A DNA stretch of 64,000 nucleotides, taken from positions 329 through 64,328 of the forward strand of contig CAZWIT010000001.1 in the NCBI GenBank assembly GCA_964633905.1, written 5' to 3'. The number at the start of each line of letters is the position of its first letter. Within the stretch, counting starts at the first letter, position 1. This stretch comes from an uncultured Gammaproteobacteria bacterium (GTDB lineage Bacteria; Patescibacteriota; Patescibacteriia; UBA1558; GWA2-36-10). The notes below the pieces were generated by a model. The model made no database searches. It saw only the letters and a program-made list of their open reading frames with translations, and had not been told where the DNA came from. Shown here piece by piece: positions 32,640-41,675 of this stretch. The position numbers and the translations under genes were made by a program.

Positions 32640-33015
32640 TGGTGGAGATGAGGGGGATTACACCCCTGTCTGGAAAGTGTAGAAACAGATTTCTACCAGC
32701 CTAGTTAATTTTTTTGTTTTAATACTTAGCTTGAAAATTAACAAAATGCTAAATATCTAGTTAACAAAATTTCAGGCTAAATAAGTTAACGTTATTTAGC
32801 TTAAAGCCTGTTTTATAACGCCTGCTAAATCCGCTCAGGCTAGCAAATTTAGAGACGGTCTTAGGTTAAGCTAAGACTGGGGAGAGCTGAGGAGCTAAAA
32901 GCCCTTTGACTCTCGCAAATAAGTTGTTTTTGGCACTTATTGTTGTACGATTTTACAGTTCGCGAACTGGCTGGCCATCTATCCTTTCACTAACCGTCGA
33001 ATATGAAACATCCCC
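32640..33015 (-). ncRNA. ssrA: tmRNA
   Basis: 5' GGGGATG..TTCGAC, 3' CATCTCCACCA with G3.U pair, tag frame after ATAAGT: AKNNLFARVKGLLAPQLSPVLA*; adjacent to smpB. Confidence 0.95.
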
Positions 33016-33028
33016 GTAAATGAAAAGG

Positions 33029-33475
33029 TTAATTTTTGAGATGTTGCGCAATACTACGCTTCAACTCACGTTTTTTGATGTCCTGTCGTTTGTCAAATTG
33101 CTTTTTTCCTTTAACTAAAGCGATTTTCATCTTAATTAACCTGCGCGTAGTATACACTGAAACCGGCACTATTGTCAAGCCCTTGGAGTCGGTTTTATTG
33201 GCTAAATATAGCATTTCTTTACGGTGTAATAGTAAAGCGCGTTCCCGTTCTGGGTTATAGGAAGCCAAAGTTTTAGCCGCTTTTTGGTAAGGGGCAATAT
33301 ACATTTTTTTAAGAGTTGCTTTGTTATTTTTTATAGAAATAAAGGCACCTTTTAAATCAGCGTGTCCAGATTTTAAGGATTTTACCTCTGGTCCTGTTAA
33401 AACTAAACCAGCCTCCATTTCTTCTAAAACCTGAAAGCTACGGTTAAAACTTTTATTATGCACTAGTGTCCCCAT
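33029..33475 (-). CDS. smpB: SsrA-binding protein
   Basis: EAGLVLTGPEVKSL, RALLLHRKE, KGKKQFDKR. Confidence 0.97.
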   Translation of the reverse strand: MGTLVHNKSFNRSFQVLEEMEAGLVLTGPEVKSLKSGHADLKGAFISIKNNKATLKKMYIAPYQKAAKTLASYNPERERALLLHRKEMLYLANKTDSKGLTIVPVSVYTTRRLIKMKIALVKGKKQFDKRQDIKKRELKRSIAQHLKN

Positions 33476-33502
33476 AATTATTCAAATCTTTTATCTTAGA
33501 CC

Positions 33503-33523
33503 TTATCTAGACTATAACATAAA
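33503..33523 (-). promoter_or_regulatory. 21-bp direct repeat copy A, extended -10 (TGTTATAGT) for smpB
   Basis: ttatctagactataacataaa identical to 35145-35165. Confidence 0.75.
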
Positions 33524-33553
33524 ACTGGAGGCTAGTCATGTAGATATTAGATA

Positions 33554-35131
33554 TTAATATTTTGAATATATTTTAATGTCACCACTGGCTATTATTTCTT
33601 CTTTAGGGAAATTTTGGAGCATCCATTGCATTAATTCGCTATTAGTATCAAATCTTGGCCAGCTTTTAGGTATAAAAATTAGCTTATCAGCATGGGTAAG
33701 AAGTTCATTTTTTAATTTATCTAAATCAGCTTGGGGCAGATAAGGAGATGGTAGTATGTCGTAGGAACTGGGGTTTTCTATTTTATAAAAATAATAATAA
33801 CCTGGGGCATAGGGGAAAAAGAAGAGGCGTTGCTTTGCTAGAGAATTTTTCAGTAGTTCATCTAGCGTTGCTAATTCTTTTACTAAAGGACTTTGTTTGT
33901 TAGGATCAATATTCATTTTCCATTGCTGGTTAAGATAAAATATACCTTGCGGTGTTTTAATTTCGCTTTGATATTTTTTAGGTGCGTTTATGCCCGCTGA
34001 TTTATAAAAATAAATTGATTGGCTTGTCATGTACCAGCCAACAAAAAAAATCAAAATTGTAGGTATTAATAACTTATAAATATTTATTATTTCTTTTAAA
34101 TTAGCTCGCTGGTAAATTATTTTAAATTTTTGCCAAATTATTTGAGTAATTATTACCAGTGATGTTATTAGAAGTAAATAGAAAAATGAACTAATAAGAG
34201 TAAAGTGAAAAAATTCAATGTGGTAAAATATTGATAGCACTAAAGCAGTATGTATTAGTAAAAATATAAAATATGGCATTTTCCATTTTGTTTGTGGCCA
34301 AGGTTTTAAAAAAAATAAAAAATAAAAAGGTAGCGCTAGAGAGAAAAATTTAACTAATTGGTATGTAGATAAAGGAGGATTAAATTTTGGATAAAATACA
34401 ATATTATTAGTTACTATTTGAGTCCAAGTAATTGACCATAAATTTTGGGCGCTTAAGATAATAAAAATACCAAGTGCTATTATGATAGGAGGAGTAATAA
34501 ATAAGAGGAGGCCTTTTTTCCGCTCTAGCTTATTATTTTTTAGTAAAACTAGACTAAGAATAATTGGGGCTACAAATATAGTTTTATTGCTTAGGGTAAG
34601 GCCAGCGCAGCTTAAAAAAATACCAGCTAGCAACAAGTCAATTGGTTTACGTCTACCAAGGACTAAGCGGGCGGCGATATTTATGCAGAGTAAGAATTGC
34701 CAGTGAAGTGAGATAAAAGGCCACAGGGGAAAAACCATAAAAGCAAAAATAAGACCAGTCATAATTCCAATCCAGCGTGAAAATAAAGAGCCCAGCCAGA
34801 TTATAGAGCCAATTAATAGAAGGGCTGATAAAAAATTAAACCAGAGCACACTACTGTATTCTTCGCCAAAAACAGCCATCCAAGCAGCTAGTGGATAATA
34901 GCTAGAGCCGGGCATAAATGAATAAAAATCACGATGCGGTATTTGGCCATGTAAAATTCTTTGGGCAGCTTGAGTTATAATTGCTTCATCGCCAAAATTA
35001 CCATAGGCGCCCATGGGTGAGGAAGTGGTAAAAATTTGTTGCCAAACATTAAAAATTATTATAATTAATAAAAATATAAATATAATATTTTTAATATCAA
35101 GTAGATATTTTTTAATAAGGGTATGATCCAT
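33554..35131 (-). CDS. Polytopic membrane protein, probable GT-C fold glycosyltransferase (ArnT/PMT-like)
   Basis: GDEA..AQRILHGQIPHRDF..PG first-loop motif, more than 10 TM segments, soluble C-terminus. Confidence 0.7.
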   Translation of the reverse strand: MDHTLIKKYLLDIKNIIFIFLLIIIIFNVWQQIFTTSSPMGAYGNFGDEAIITQAAQRILHGQIPHRDFYSFMPGSSYYPLAAWMAVFGEEYSSVLWFNFLSALLLIGSIIWLGSLFSRWIGIMTGLIFAFMVFPLWPFISLHWQFLLCINIAARLVLGRRKPIDLLLAGIFLSCAGLTLSNKTIFVAPIILSLVLLKNNKLERKKGLLLFITPPIIIALGIFIILSAQNLWSITWTQIVTNNIVFYPKFNPPLSTYQLVKFFSLALPFYFLFFLKPWPQTKWKMPYFIFLLIHTALVLSIFYHIEFFHFTLISSFFYLLLITSLVIITQIIWQKFKIIYQRANLKEIINIYKLLIPTILIFFVGWYMTSQSIYFYKSAGINAPKKYQSEIKTPQGIFYLNQQWKMNIDPNKQSPLVKELATLDELLKNSLAKQRLFFFPYAPGYYYFYKIENPSSYDILPSPYLPQADLDKLKNELLTHADKLIFIPKSWPRFDTNSELMQWMLQNFPKEEIIASGDIKIYSKY

Positions 35132-35144
35132 GAATTGTCTATAT

Positions 35145-35165
35145 TTATCTAGACTATAACATAAA
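35145..35165 (-). promoter_or_regulatory. 21-bp direct repeat copy B, extended -10 for the glycosyltransferase-like gene
   Basis: ttatctagactataacataaa. Confidence 0.75.
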
Positions 35166-35187
35166 TAAATCTATTTTCCAATTAAAA

Positions 35188-38160
35188 TTAAGTAGCCAAT
35201 GTCTGAATAGCTATTATTAAATCCTTTAGTTTAAAGGCGCTGCTGTTGTCGTAAATAATTTTTAATTGTTGCTTATGATATTGCCAAATGGGTTGGATAT
35301 TTAAAATTCTATCTATTTTTTTAAAATCAGCTTCACCTAAAAAGTTAATACTTAAGTATTGTTTATTTTGGCTTAGGTAGGAATTGATACTGACAATATT
35401 AGTATCTTGGGCTAATACTTTTATTTTTTGGAGTTGCCAAATATTTTTTAAAGCATCAGTCTCAGAGGCCTGAATATTGCTTTCAATAATATTTAAATCT
35501 TTTTGGCGGCTAACTTTTTGATAAAAGTTTATTTTATCTACTAGGGTATCAAAATTTTTATCAGGTAAATTAGTATCAAGTGGTAATTTTATTTCAATAT
35601 CACGCCAAGGTTTACTGATTTGACCTTTAAGTTCATTAATAGTTTCGGCAATTAAATTTTGATACATGCCTAAGCCAATAGTTTTGACTTTACCAGATTG
35701 AGCTTTGCCTAAAATCTGACCAACGCCTCTTAGCTCTAAATCGCGACTAGCAATTTTAAAACCATCGCCTAAAGAGCTAGCTTGTTTTAGTTGACGTAAA
35801 CGTAGTGCTGGTAGTCCAGATAGTTTTTCGGAACTATAAAGAAAGTAAGCATAAGCTTGAATATCAGAACGACCAATACGACCGCGCAGTTGATGTAGTT
35901 GTGATAAACCAAAACGAGTAGCTTCAGTTACAATCAAAGTATTGGCACTAGGTATATCTAAGCCATTGGCAATAATAGTTGAGCAGACCAAAATATCTAT
36001 TTGGCCGGTGTCAAATTGGTGCATGATATGGGCTAGCTGTTCATCAGCCAGCTGGCCATGGGCAATAGCAATTCTGCTTTTAGGAAAAAGTTTAGCCAAT
36101 TTTTTATAAGCAAAATCAATAGTTTCAACGCGGTTATGTAAAAAATAAACTTGACCTTGGCGTTTTAATTCTTGAGAAATAGCTTTGACAACTATTTCTT
36201 CTTGCTCTGGTAAAATTTCAGTAATGATATTTTTACGATTACGAATGGGATCGGTGATTAAGCTAATATCTTTAATCATAGATAATGCCAAATGCAAAGT
36301 GCGGGGTATAGGAGTGGCAGTCAAAGTCAAAACATGAATATTATTTTTATATTTTTTTAATTTTTCTTTATCAGCTACACCAAAATTTTGTTCTTCATCA
36401 ATAATCAAAAGTTGCAGAGCCGGGATAATTACATCTTTGGAAAGCAAACGATGAGTACCAATAATAATATCTATTTCTTTGTTTTTGAGTGCCGTTAAAG
36501 TAGTCTGAATTTCTTTGGCACTTTGCCAGCGTGTTAGTAAAGCTACTCTAATGCCAAAGGCGCTTAGGCGTTTTTCAAAATTATCAAAATGTTGTTGGGC
36601 TAAGATGGTAGTTGGACAAAGCAAAACTGTTTGGTAGCCATTGGCAGCGGTAGTTGCAGCTGCGCGCAGAGCAATTTCCGTTTTACCAAAACCAACATCG
36701 CCAGCTATTAGCCGATCAGCTGGCCAAGCATTAATTAAATCACTTTGGACATCTTGCCAAGCTTGGGCCTGAGAAGTTGTTAATTTATAAGGGAAAGAGT
36801 TATTAATTTCTTGACTTAAGTTATTATTTGGCAATTTAACAGCTGGGTGTAATTTACGGGTTGCTTCAGTAATCAATAACTGGTTAGCTAGTTCTACGGT
36901 TTGGCTTTTGATTTTACGTAAAGTTTGGGGCCAAGTATTATCAATTGATAAACGATTAATTTTTGGATTAGGTGGTCCTAAATACTTTTCGACTTTATCA
37001 AGGTGATCTAGAGGTACAAATAAAGTATCGCTAGCTGCATATTGTAAAACTAAATATTCAATTTCTTGCCCATCGACTAGCATGGTTTTATGGTCTTTGA
37101 GTTTGGCAATGCCATGATCACGGTGCACTACTAAATCACCGATATTAAATTCGGGTAGCCAATTTTCGCTGGTCTGATTGGTACTGGCACTTTCTACTAA
37201 AAAGAAAATTTGGTCGCAAACAGTAATTATTTTTTGATTAGCAATCAGTTTTGTATCGGGCCAGCTTAAGGCTCTATTCCAGTCAATTAATTTTACTTTT
37301 AATTTATGCTCGCTAATAATATTTTTGGCTAAACTTAAATTTTTACTAAACCAAAATATTTCGTAGTCAGGAAAGCTTTTTAATAATTTGATTTTATCCT
37401 GACCTTGATCAAATAAATTATTTAAACTTTGGCTGCTAAAATTAAAATCAGCTTTTTTAGCTAAAGGGTCAATAATGATTTGGGAATTTTTTAAATCAAT
37501 AAATAAATTTTTATACTCTGCATCGCAGATGAGTAAGCTGTGTTCTTTTAAGGAATTTAAAAATTTTTGCTTGTTGACAATTTCGGCTGGCCAGAGAATA
37601 AGATTATTAATATTTTTTGTTTCATTAGTTAGGGTATTTATTTCTTGAATACTACTAATCTCATTAAAATTGTATTCTAATCGATAGATAATATAATTTT
37701 GGTAAAGATCAACTATTTGTCCGCGGATGCTAAAACTAAAATTTTGGCTAGCCTGTGTTTCTCGTGTCCAAGCAATTTTTATTAAATTGCGACTTAGGTC
37801 CGATAAAGTATAAATTTGCCCTAAATTTAAAGCTAAACTATTTTTTTGAAAATTATGCCAGTCTGGGACTAGAGTTTCCAAATTACTAATGGTAGTTAAA
37901 ATCAAGCAATCTTTATTTTGTTGGTAAGCTAAAAATATTTCCGGATTAATATCTTCTTGCTCGGTCCAAGTATATATTTTTTTATTAAAGTTGTTTAAGT
38001 TATTTTGCCAACAGTGTAGTAAATCAGACCAGATTTTTATTTCTTTATTATTTTTTAAAAACCAAAAAGCCGCCCCATTTTGTTTAAGTAGGGGGGTAGT
38101 TGTTAGAGCTAAAGTCTGATCAAGCGCTGCATCCGATACAGCAAGGGTAGTCGGCAGCAT
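35188..38160 (-). CDS. mfd: Transcription-repair coupling factor (divergent N-terminus)
   Basis: CarD-like GDLVVHRDHGIA, GDVGFGKTE, DEEQ, TATPIPRTL, QLRGRIGR, DLELRGVG. Confidence 0.93.
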   Translation of the reverse strand: MLPTTLAVSDAALDQTLALTTTPLLKQNGAAFWFLKNNKEIKIWSDLLHCWQNNLNNFNKKIYTWTEQEDINPEIFLAYQQNKDCLILTTISNLETLVPDWHNFQKNSLALNLGQIYTLSDLSRNLIKIAWTRETQASQNFSFSIRGQIVDLYQNYIIYRLEYNFNEISSIQEINTLTNETKNINNLILWPAEIVNKQKFLNSLKEHSLLICDAEYKNLFIDLKNSQIIIDPLAKKADFNFSSQSLNNLFDQGQDKIKLLKSFPDYEIFWFSKNLSLAKNIISEHKLKVKLIDWNRALSWPDTKLIANQKIITVCDQIFFLVESASTNQTSENWLPEFNIGDLVVHRDHGIAKLKDHKTMLVDGQEIEYLVLQYAASDTLFVPLDHLDKVEKYLGPPNPKINRLSIDNTWPQTLRKIKSQTVELANQLLITEATRKLHPAVKLPNNNLSQEINNSFPYKLTTSQAQAWQDVQSDLINAWPADRLIAGDVGFGKTEIALRAAATTAANGYQTVLLCPTTILAQQHFDNFEKRLSAFGIRVALLTRWQSAKEIQTTLTALKNKEIDIIIGTHRLLSKDVIIPALQLLIIDEEQNFGVADKEKLKKYKNNIHVLTLTATPIPRTLHLALSMIKDISLITDPIRNRKNIITEILPEQEEIVVKAISQELKRQGQVYFLHNRVETIDFAYKKLAKLFPKSRIAIAHGQLADEQLAHIMHQFDTGQIDILVCSTIIANGLDIPSANTLIVTEATRFGLSQLHQLRGRIGRSDIQAYAYFLYSSEKLSGLPALRLRQLKQASSLGDGFKIASRDLELRGVGQILGKAQSGKVKTIGLGMYQNLIAETINELKGQISKPWRDIEIKLPLDTNLPDKNFDTLVDKINFYQKVSRQKDLNIIESNIQASETDALKNIWQLQKIKVLAQDTNIVSINSYLSQNKQYLSINFLGEADFKKIDRILNIQPIWQYHKQQLKIIYDNSSAFKLKDLIIAIQTLAT

Positions 38161-38292
38161 AAAATTATTAATAGTTAGTTTAAGTACTAACTATTTTGCT
38201 ATTCTACTGGTTTTTTTGATTTTTGGCAATATGTATTGTTTTTATTCAAGTTTTATTATATGATTTATGTATTAAATATTGATATAAAATTT

Positions 38293-38868
38293 ATGAACAA
38301 AGAAAATTTTTCTCCTGAAAATGTTGGGGGATCAGGCGATGCTAATGCTGACATCCATAATCATAATGCCGATTTTAGTGATTACAACATGGATTCTGAT
38401 ATGGAGGAAGGCGGTCTTTTAGGTACCTTAGATAATTTAAAATTATCCGATGACCAGTTTGTATTTGTTTTGCAGCGCAGTGGTTATGATGGTATGTTAG
38501 CAGGTAAGATTAGAATGAGAGTAGGTGATTTGAGGCAGAGGCTTTTAGAAATTCGTGAAAAAGAAGCAAGAGGAGAAGACGCAATAGAACTGTATAATAT
38601 TAATAATGACAATGGATCCGTATGCATTAATCAAAACTTTAAAACGTCAAGATACATATATATAGAAGAAGCAACTCCAGAAATGATTGCTAGAGAGCAG
38701 GAATTAGAAAAAAGTCTTAAAATTTTTAAAGCTCTTCCCAGTTCTAGTATTAAGGGTTCATTTTTTAATGAGGAAGGTGAATTAGCGTTCACAGTGGAAG
38801 AAATTTTAGATTTTGCTGATAAGATTAGAGAGTATAAAGAACAGGTCAAATCAGAGGAAGGTAAATAA
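38293..38868 (+). CDS. Acidic hypothetical protein
   Basis: ORF from MNKENFSPEN, followed by terminator. Confidence 0.7.
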   Translation: MNKENFSPENVGGSGDANADIHNHNADFSDYNMDSDMEEGGLLGTLDNLKLSDDQFVFVLQRSGYDGMLAGKIRMRVGDLRQRLLEIREKEARGEDAIELYNINNDNGSVCINQNFKTSRYIYIEEATPEMIAREQELEKSLKIFKALPSSSIKGSFFNEEGELAFTVEEILDFADKIREYKEQVKSEEGK

Positions 38869-38887
38869 AACTATATTTTTTGATATT

Positions 38888-38922
38888 AAATAAAACCCAA
38901 CTACTAGCTGGGTTTTATTTTT
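38888..38922 (+). terminator. Intrinsic terminator
   Basis: aaataaaaccca-N9-tgggttttattttt. Confidence 0.7.
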
Positions 38923-38971
38923 CACATAAAATCAGTTATAATATAAATATTAAATAATTAATTTAAATAAT

Positions 38972-39184
38972 ATGGTATTTGGTTATTTTTTCATTATTGT
39001 TGGTATTTTATTATTACTTAAAGAGCTGGGTTTGATTGCTGGTAGTTTTTGGGGATTTTTGTGGGCCATGCTTTTTATTGTAGTTGGTTTAAGTATGGTG
39101 GCTGGTAAAAAAGAAGATGCTGGCTGTGGTTTGCCTTGGTGTAGACACAATCACAAAAAACATCACGATGATCCTTTAGCTTAA
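38972..39184 (+). CDS. Small membrane protein (DUF5668/LiaF-TM-like) with Cys/His tail
   Basis: G.FFIIVGILLLL.ELG..FWG.LW..LFI.VGL. Confidence 0.7.
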   Translation: MVFGYFFIIVGILLLLKELGLIAGSFWGFLWAMLFIVVGLSMVAGKKEDAGCGLPWCRHNHKKHHDDPLA

Positions 39185-39576
39185 TGCCGACTATTAAAGT
39201 AAATCAAGATTTTAGTTTGACTATTAAAAAGTCAAAGTTTTTGGCTTATGCTTTTAAAGTAAGTAGTGAAGCTGAAGTTCTTCAATTTTTAGTTAATCTA
39301 AAAAAAGAGCATAACAAAGCTAGGCATATTGTTTATGCTTATCGAATTTTAGAATCAGGTCAAATAAAAGAAAGGGTACATAATGATGGTGAACCCAGTA
39401 AATCGGCTGGCTGGCCAATTTATAATCTCCTCAAAATGCAGGATATTGTTGACTGTTTAATAGTAGTAGTGCGTTATTATGGTGGTATTAAATTGGGAGT
39501 AGGCGGTCTGGTACGAGCTTACACGGAAGCGGCTCAAACAGTAATCAAGGATAATTTAACGAATGTCAGATTTTAA
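39184..39576 (+). CDS. IMPACT/YigZ family protein
   Basis: IKKSKF, ARHIVYAYR, DGEPSKSAG, VVRYYGGIKLGVGGLVRAY. Confidence 0.95.
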   Translation: MPTIKVNQDFSLTIKKSKFLAYAFKVSSEAEVLQFLVNLKKEHNKARHIVYAYRILESGQIKERVHNDGEPSKSAGWPIYNLLKMQDIVDCLIVVVRYYGGIKLGVGGLVRAYTEAAQTVIKDNLTNVRF

Positions 39577-40126
39577 AACCATTAGCTTGGCTGGTCAAAA
39601 TATAAATTATCAATTGCGTCGTCGTTTAAGGATGAAGTACGTGCGTTTAAGTATTGGCGTAGATGGTGTTTTAGTAGTAAGTGCACCCAAGCGTTATCCG
39701 CAGTTTTTATTAAAGAAATTAATTTTAAATAAAATAAACTGGATTCAGGCAGCTACTTGCAAACGTTTGGCTAAGCCTAGTATTTTTCGAGAGCAACACA
39801 GTATTCAAGAAGTAAAACAATATAAACTTTTAACTAAAAAATTGGTTTTAGAGCGCTTGCAACATTTTAATAATTTTTATAATTTGAAATATAAAAAAGT
39901 TACTATTCGTAAAGCTAGTAGCCGGTGGGGGAGTTGTTCTAAGCAAGGGAATTTAAATTTTAATTATCGTTTGTGTTTGCTTGATTCAAAACTGTTAGAT
40001 TATATTGTGGTGCATGAATTATGTCATTTACAAGAGTTTAATCATAGTAAAGCTTTTTGGGGCTTAGTAGCCAAACAATTTCCAGACTATAAAATTTTAA
40101 AACAGCAATTAAAAAGTTTAGCTTAA
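39563..40126 (+). CDS. YgjP/DUF45 family metal-dependent hydrolase
   Basis: SRWGSCS, LNFN, YIVVHELCHLQEFNHSKAFW. Confidence 0.93.
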   Translation: MSDFKTISLAGQNINYQLRRRLRMKYVRLSIGVDGVLVVSAPKRYPQFLLKKLILNKINWIQAATCKRLAKPSIFREQHSIQEVKQYKLLTKKLVLERLQHFNNFYNLKYKKVTIRKASSRWGSCSKQGNLNFNYRLCLLDSKLLDYIVVHELCHLQEFNHSKAFWGLVAKQFPDYKILKQQLKSLA

Positions 40127-40177
40127 TATAAAAATGTCTTTATTTGACATTTTTTATTTTTCTGTTAAATTATTAGG

Positions 40178-40364
40178 GTTAATCTTTTGTTTTTTCGTTC
40201 CGGTGCCGTAGGGTCATGCCTCCACCGCCGGGCTGGTTGCTGGTTTTTTCGGTCGGGCTATATTATGTTCGGCAGAATGCGACTTGTTTCCCCGCAAGTC
40301 GATAAACCAACAGCCTACTCTACGGCACCTCAAATTCTGACCACCACTTTGGTGGTCTTTTTTT
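40178..40364 (+). ncRNA. Candidate stand-alone structured RNA
   Basis: TTGACA at 40144 and TGnTAAATT, closing stem ggtgccgtag/ctacggcacc, inner hairpins, terminator gaccacca-ctt-tggtggtc-T7. Confidence 0.5.
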
Positions 40365-40377
40365 ATTTTTTTAAGAA

Positions 40378-40428
40378 AATGAAAACCGCTCGCCCGCCAC
40401 TGCATAAATGCAGGGCAGGGCGAGCGGT
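40378..40428 (-). terminator. Intrinsic terminator of the minus-strand mini-gene
   Basis: accgctcgccc ... gggcgagcggt stem followed by TTTTCATTTT on the minus strand. Confidence 0.8.
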
Positions 40429-40491
40429 CGTAGTCGCAGGGAGCAGAGCTAGAAGGTCTTGATGATGCCGATGGCGCTGTTTGTCGCGCCA

Positions 40492-40554
40492 TCATCGAAC
40501 AGCGGTGGCGATCAGCAGGCTGATCAGCAGGGCGGCGGCGATGATCTTCTTCAT
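40492..40554 (-). CDS. 20-aa hydrophobic peptide MKKIIAAALLISLLIATAVR (possibly frameshifted; +1 frame runs to 40449)
   Basis: Consensus promoter at 40631-40659, SD GAGGAG, ATG, GC3-rich codons, own terminator. Confidence 0.6.
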   Translation of the reverse strand: MKKIIAAALLISLLIATAVR

Positions 40555-40630
40555 CTCTTATACTCCTCAAGTCAAGGGACGGACAATGCTTAACAGCCTA
40601 GAATTAGGCGGTTTCAGCGTTAACTACTAT

Positions 40631-40659
40631 ATTATAGCATATATATATTAAATTGTCAA
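40631..40659 (-). promoter_or_regulatory. Consensus sigma70 promoter
   Basis: TTGACA-N17-TATAAT with extended TG. Confidence 0.85.
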
Positions 40660-40701
40660 GATGTAGCTAAAGTGATTTTATTCTGATAAAATTAGAGCAC
40701 T

Positions 40702-41127
40702 ATGCCATGCTTTTTTTGTGACATTCAAGATCAAAGAGATCCGCAGCTGATTACAGCTAATGATTTTTTTGTAGCGCGCTTTGATGATTTTCCAGTTGCC
40801 AAAGGCCACTGCGAAATTTTTCCTAAAGAGCATATTGAGTCAGTTTTTGATTTACCTTCTGAACAACAGTGGGCATTTTTTGATATTATAAATAAAGTAA
40901 AAAGTATTTTGGAAGAAAAATATCAGCCCGATGGTTTTAATATTGGTATTAATGAAGGTCGGGCAGCAGGTCGCACTATGGATCATTTACATTTGCATGT
41001 GATACCTCGTTATTGGGGTGATATAGATCACCCGCGTGGCGGAGTCAGAAATATTATTCCTAGTAAAGGTGATTATAAAAAAGATATCCAGGCTCGTCCT
41101 GATCGCATTAAATATTTTAATGAATAA
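40702..41127 (+). CDS. HIT family nucleotide hydrolase
   Basis: CFFC, FPVAKGH, GFNIGINEGRAAG, HLHLHVIPR. Confidence 0.95.
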   Translation: MPCFFCDIQDQRDPQLITANDFFVARFDDFPVAKGHCEIFPKEHIESVFDLPSEQQWAFFDIINKVKSILEEKYQPDGFNIGINEGRAAGRTMDHLHLHVIPRYWGDIDHPRGGVRNIIPSKGDYKKDIQARPDRIKYFNE

Positions 41128-41131
41128 AAAT

Positions 41132-41671
41132 ATGGCGGAAGAAAAAAAAGTCGGAGGCTTAGAAAATAATCAAGAAGAAAAACATATTCGTCCAAATTGG
41201 GATGAATATTTTATGGAAATGGCTAAAACTGCCTCCAAACGAGCCACTTGTAGTAGAGGTAGAAGTGGTTCAATAGCAGTCAAAGATAATCAGATTTTAG
41301 TTACTGGCTATGTTGGCGCACCTAAAGGTTTTCCTGATTGTGATGAAGTTGGTCATTTGATGAAGAAGACTGACCATGGTGATGGTACTGTTAGTAATCA
41401 TTGTGTGAGAACTATTCATGCTGAACAAAATTTAATTTGCCAGGCCGCCAAAAGAGGGGTGTCGATAGAAGGAGCTACTATTTATTGTCGTATGGTACCT
41501 TGCGTGACTTGCTGTATGCTGCTAGTAAATTGTGGCATCAAGCGAGTAGTTGCCGAAAGGCACTATCATCAAGGTGGGCAAGATATTTTAAAACAGGCAG
41601 GTATTAAGTTGGATGTTTTGCATGATGACGAAGTGCAGGCATACGAAGACATGACGGAAAAAAAGAAATAA
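41132..41671 (+). CDS. dCMP deaminase (ComEB-like)
   Basis: RPNWDEYFM, HAEQN, PCVTC. Confidence 0.93.
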   Translation: MAEEKKVGGLENNQEEKHIRPNWDEYFMEMAKTASKRATCSRGRSGSIAVKDNQILVTGYVGAPKGFPDCDEVGHLMKKTDHGDGTVSNHCVRTIHAEQNLICQAAKRGVSIEGATIYCRMVPCVTCCMLLVNCGIKRVVAERHYHQGGQDILKQAGIKLDVLHDDEVQAYEDMTEKKK

Positions 41672-41675
41672 TAAT

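Noticed and set aside
40492-40494. TGA read-through under genetic code 25
   Set aside because: Long genes have no internal TGA and TGA ends genes at 24077 and 59085; read-through would run into the terminator
40449-40554. SAIGII resembles the arbitrium peptide SAIRGA
   Set aside because: Only three residues match, it needs a frameshift, and no AimR/RRNPP receptor or phage genes are nearby
40187-40570. ORF-track ORFs 40187-40462 (+) and 40214-40570 (-)
   Set aside because: Both run through strong terminators and have no RBS; they are by-products of local high GC
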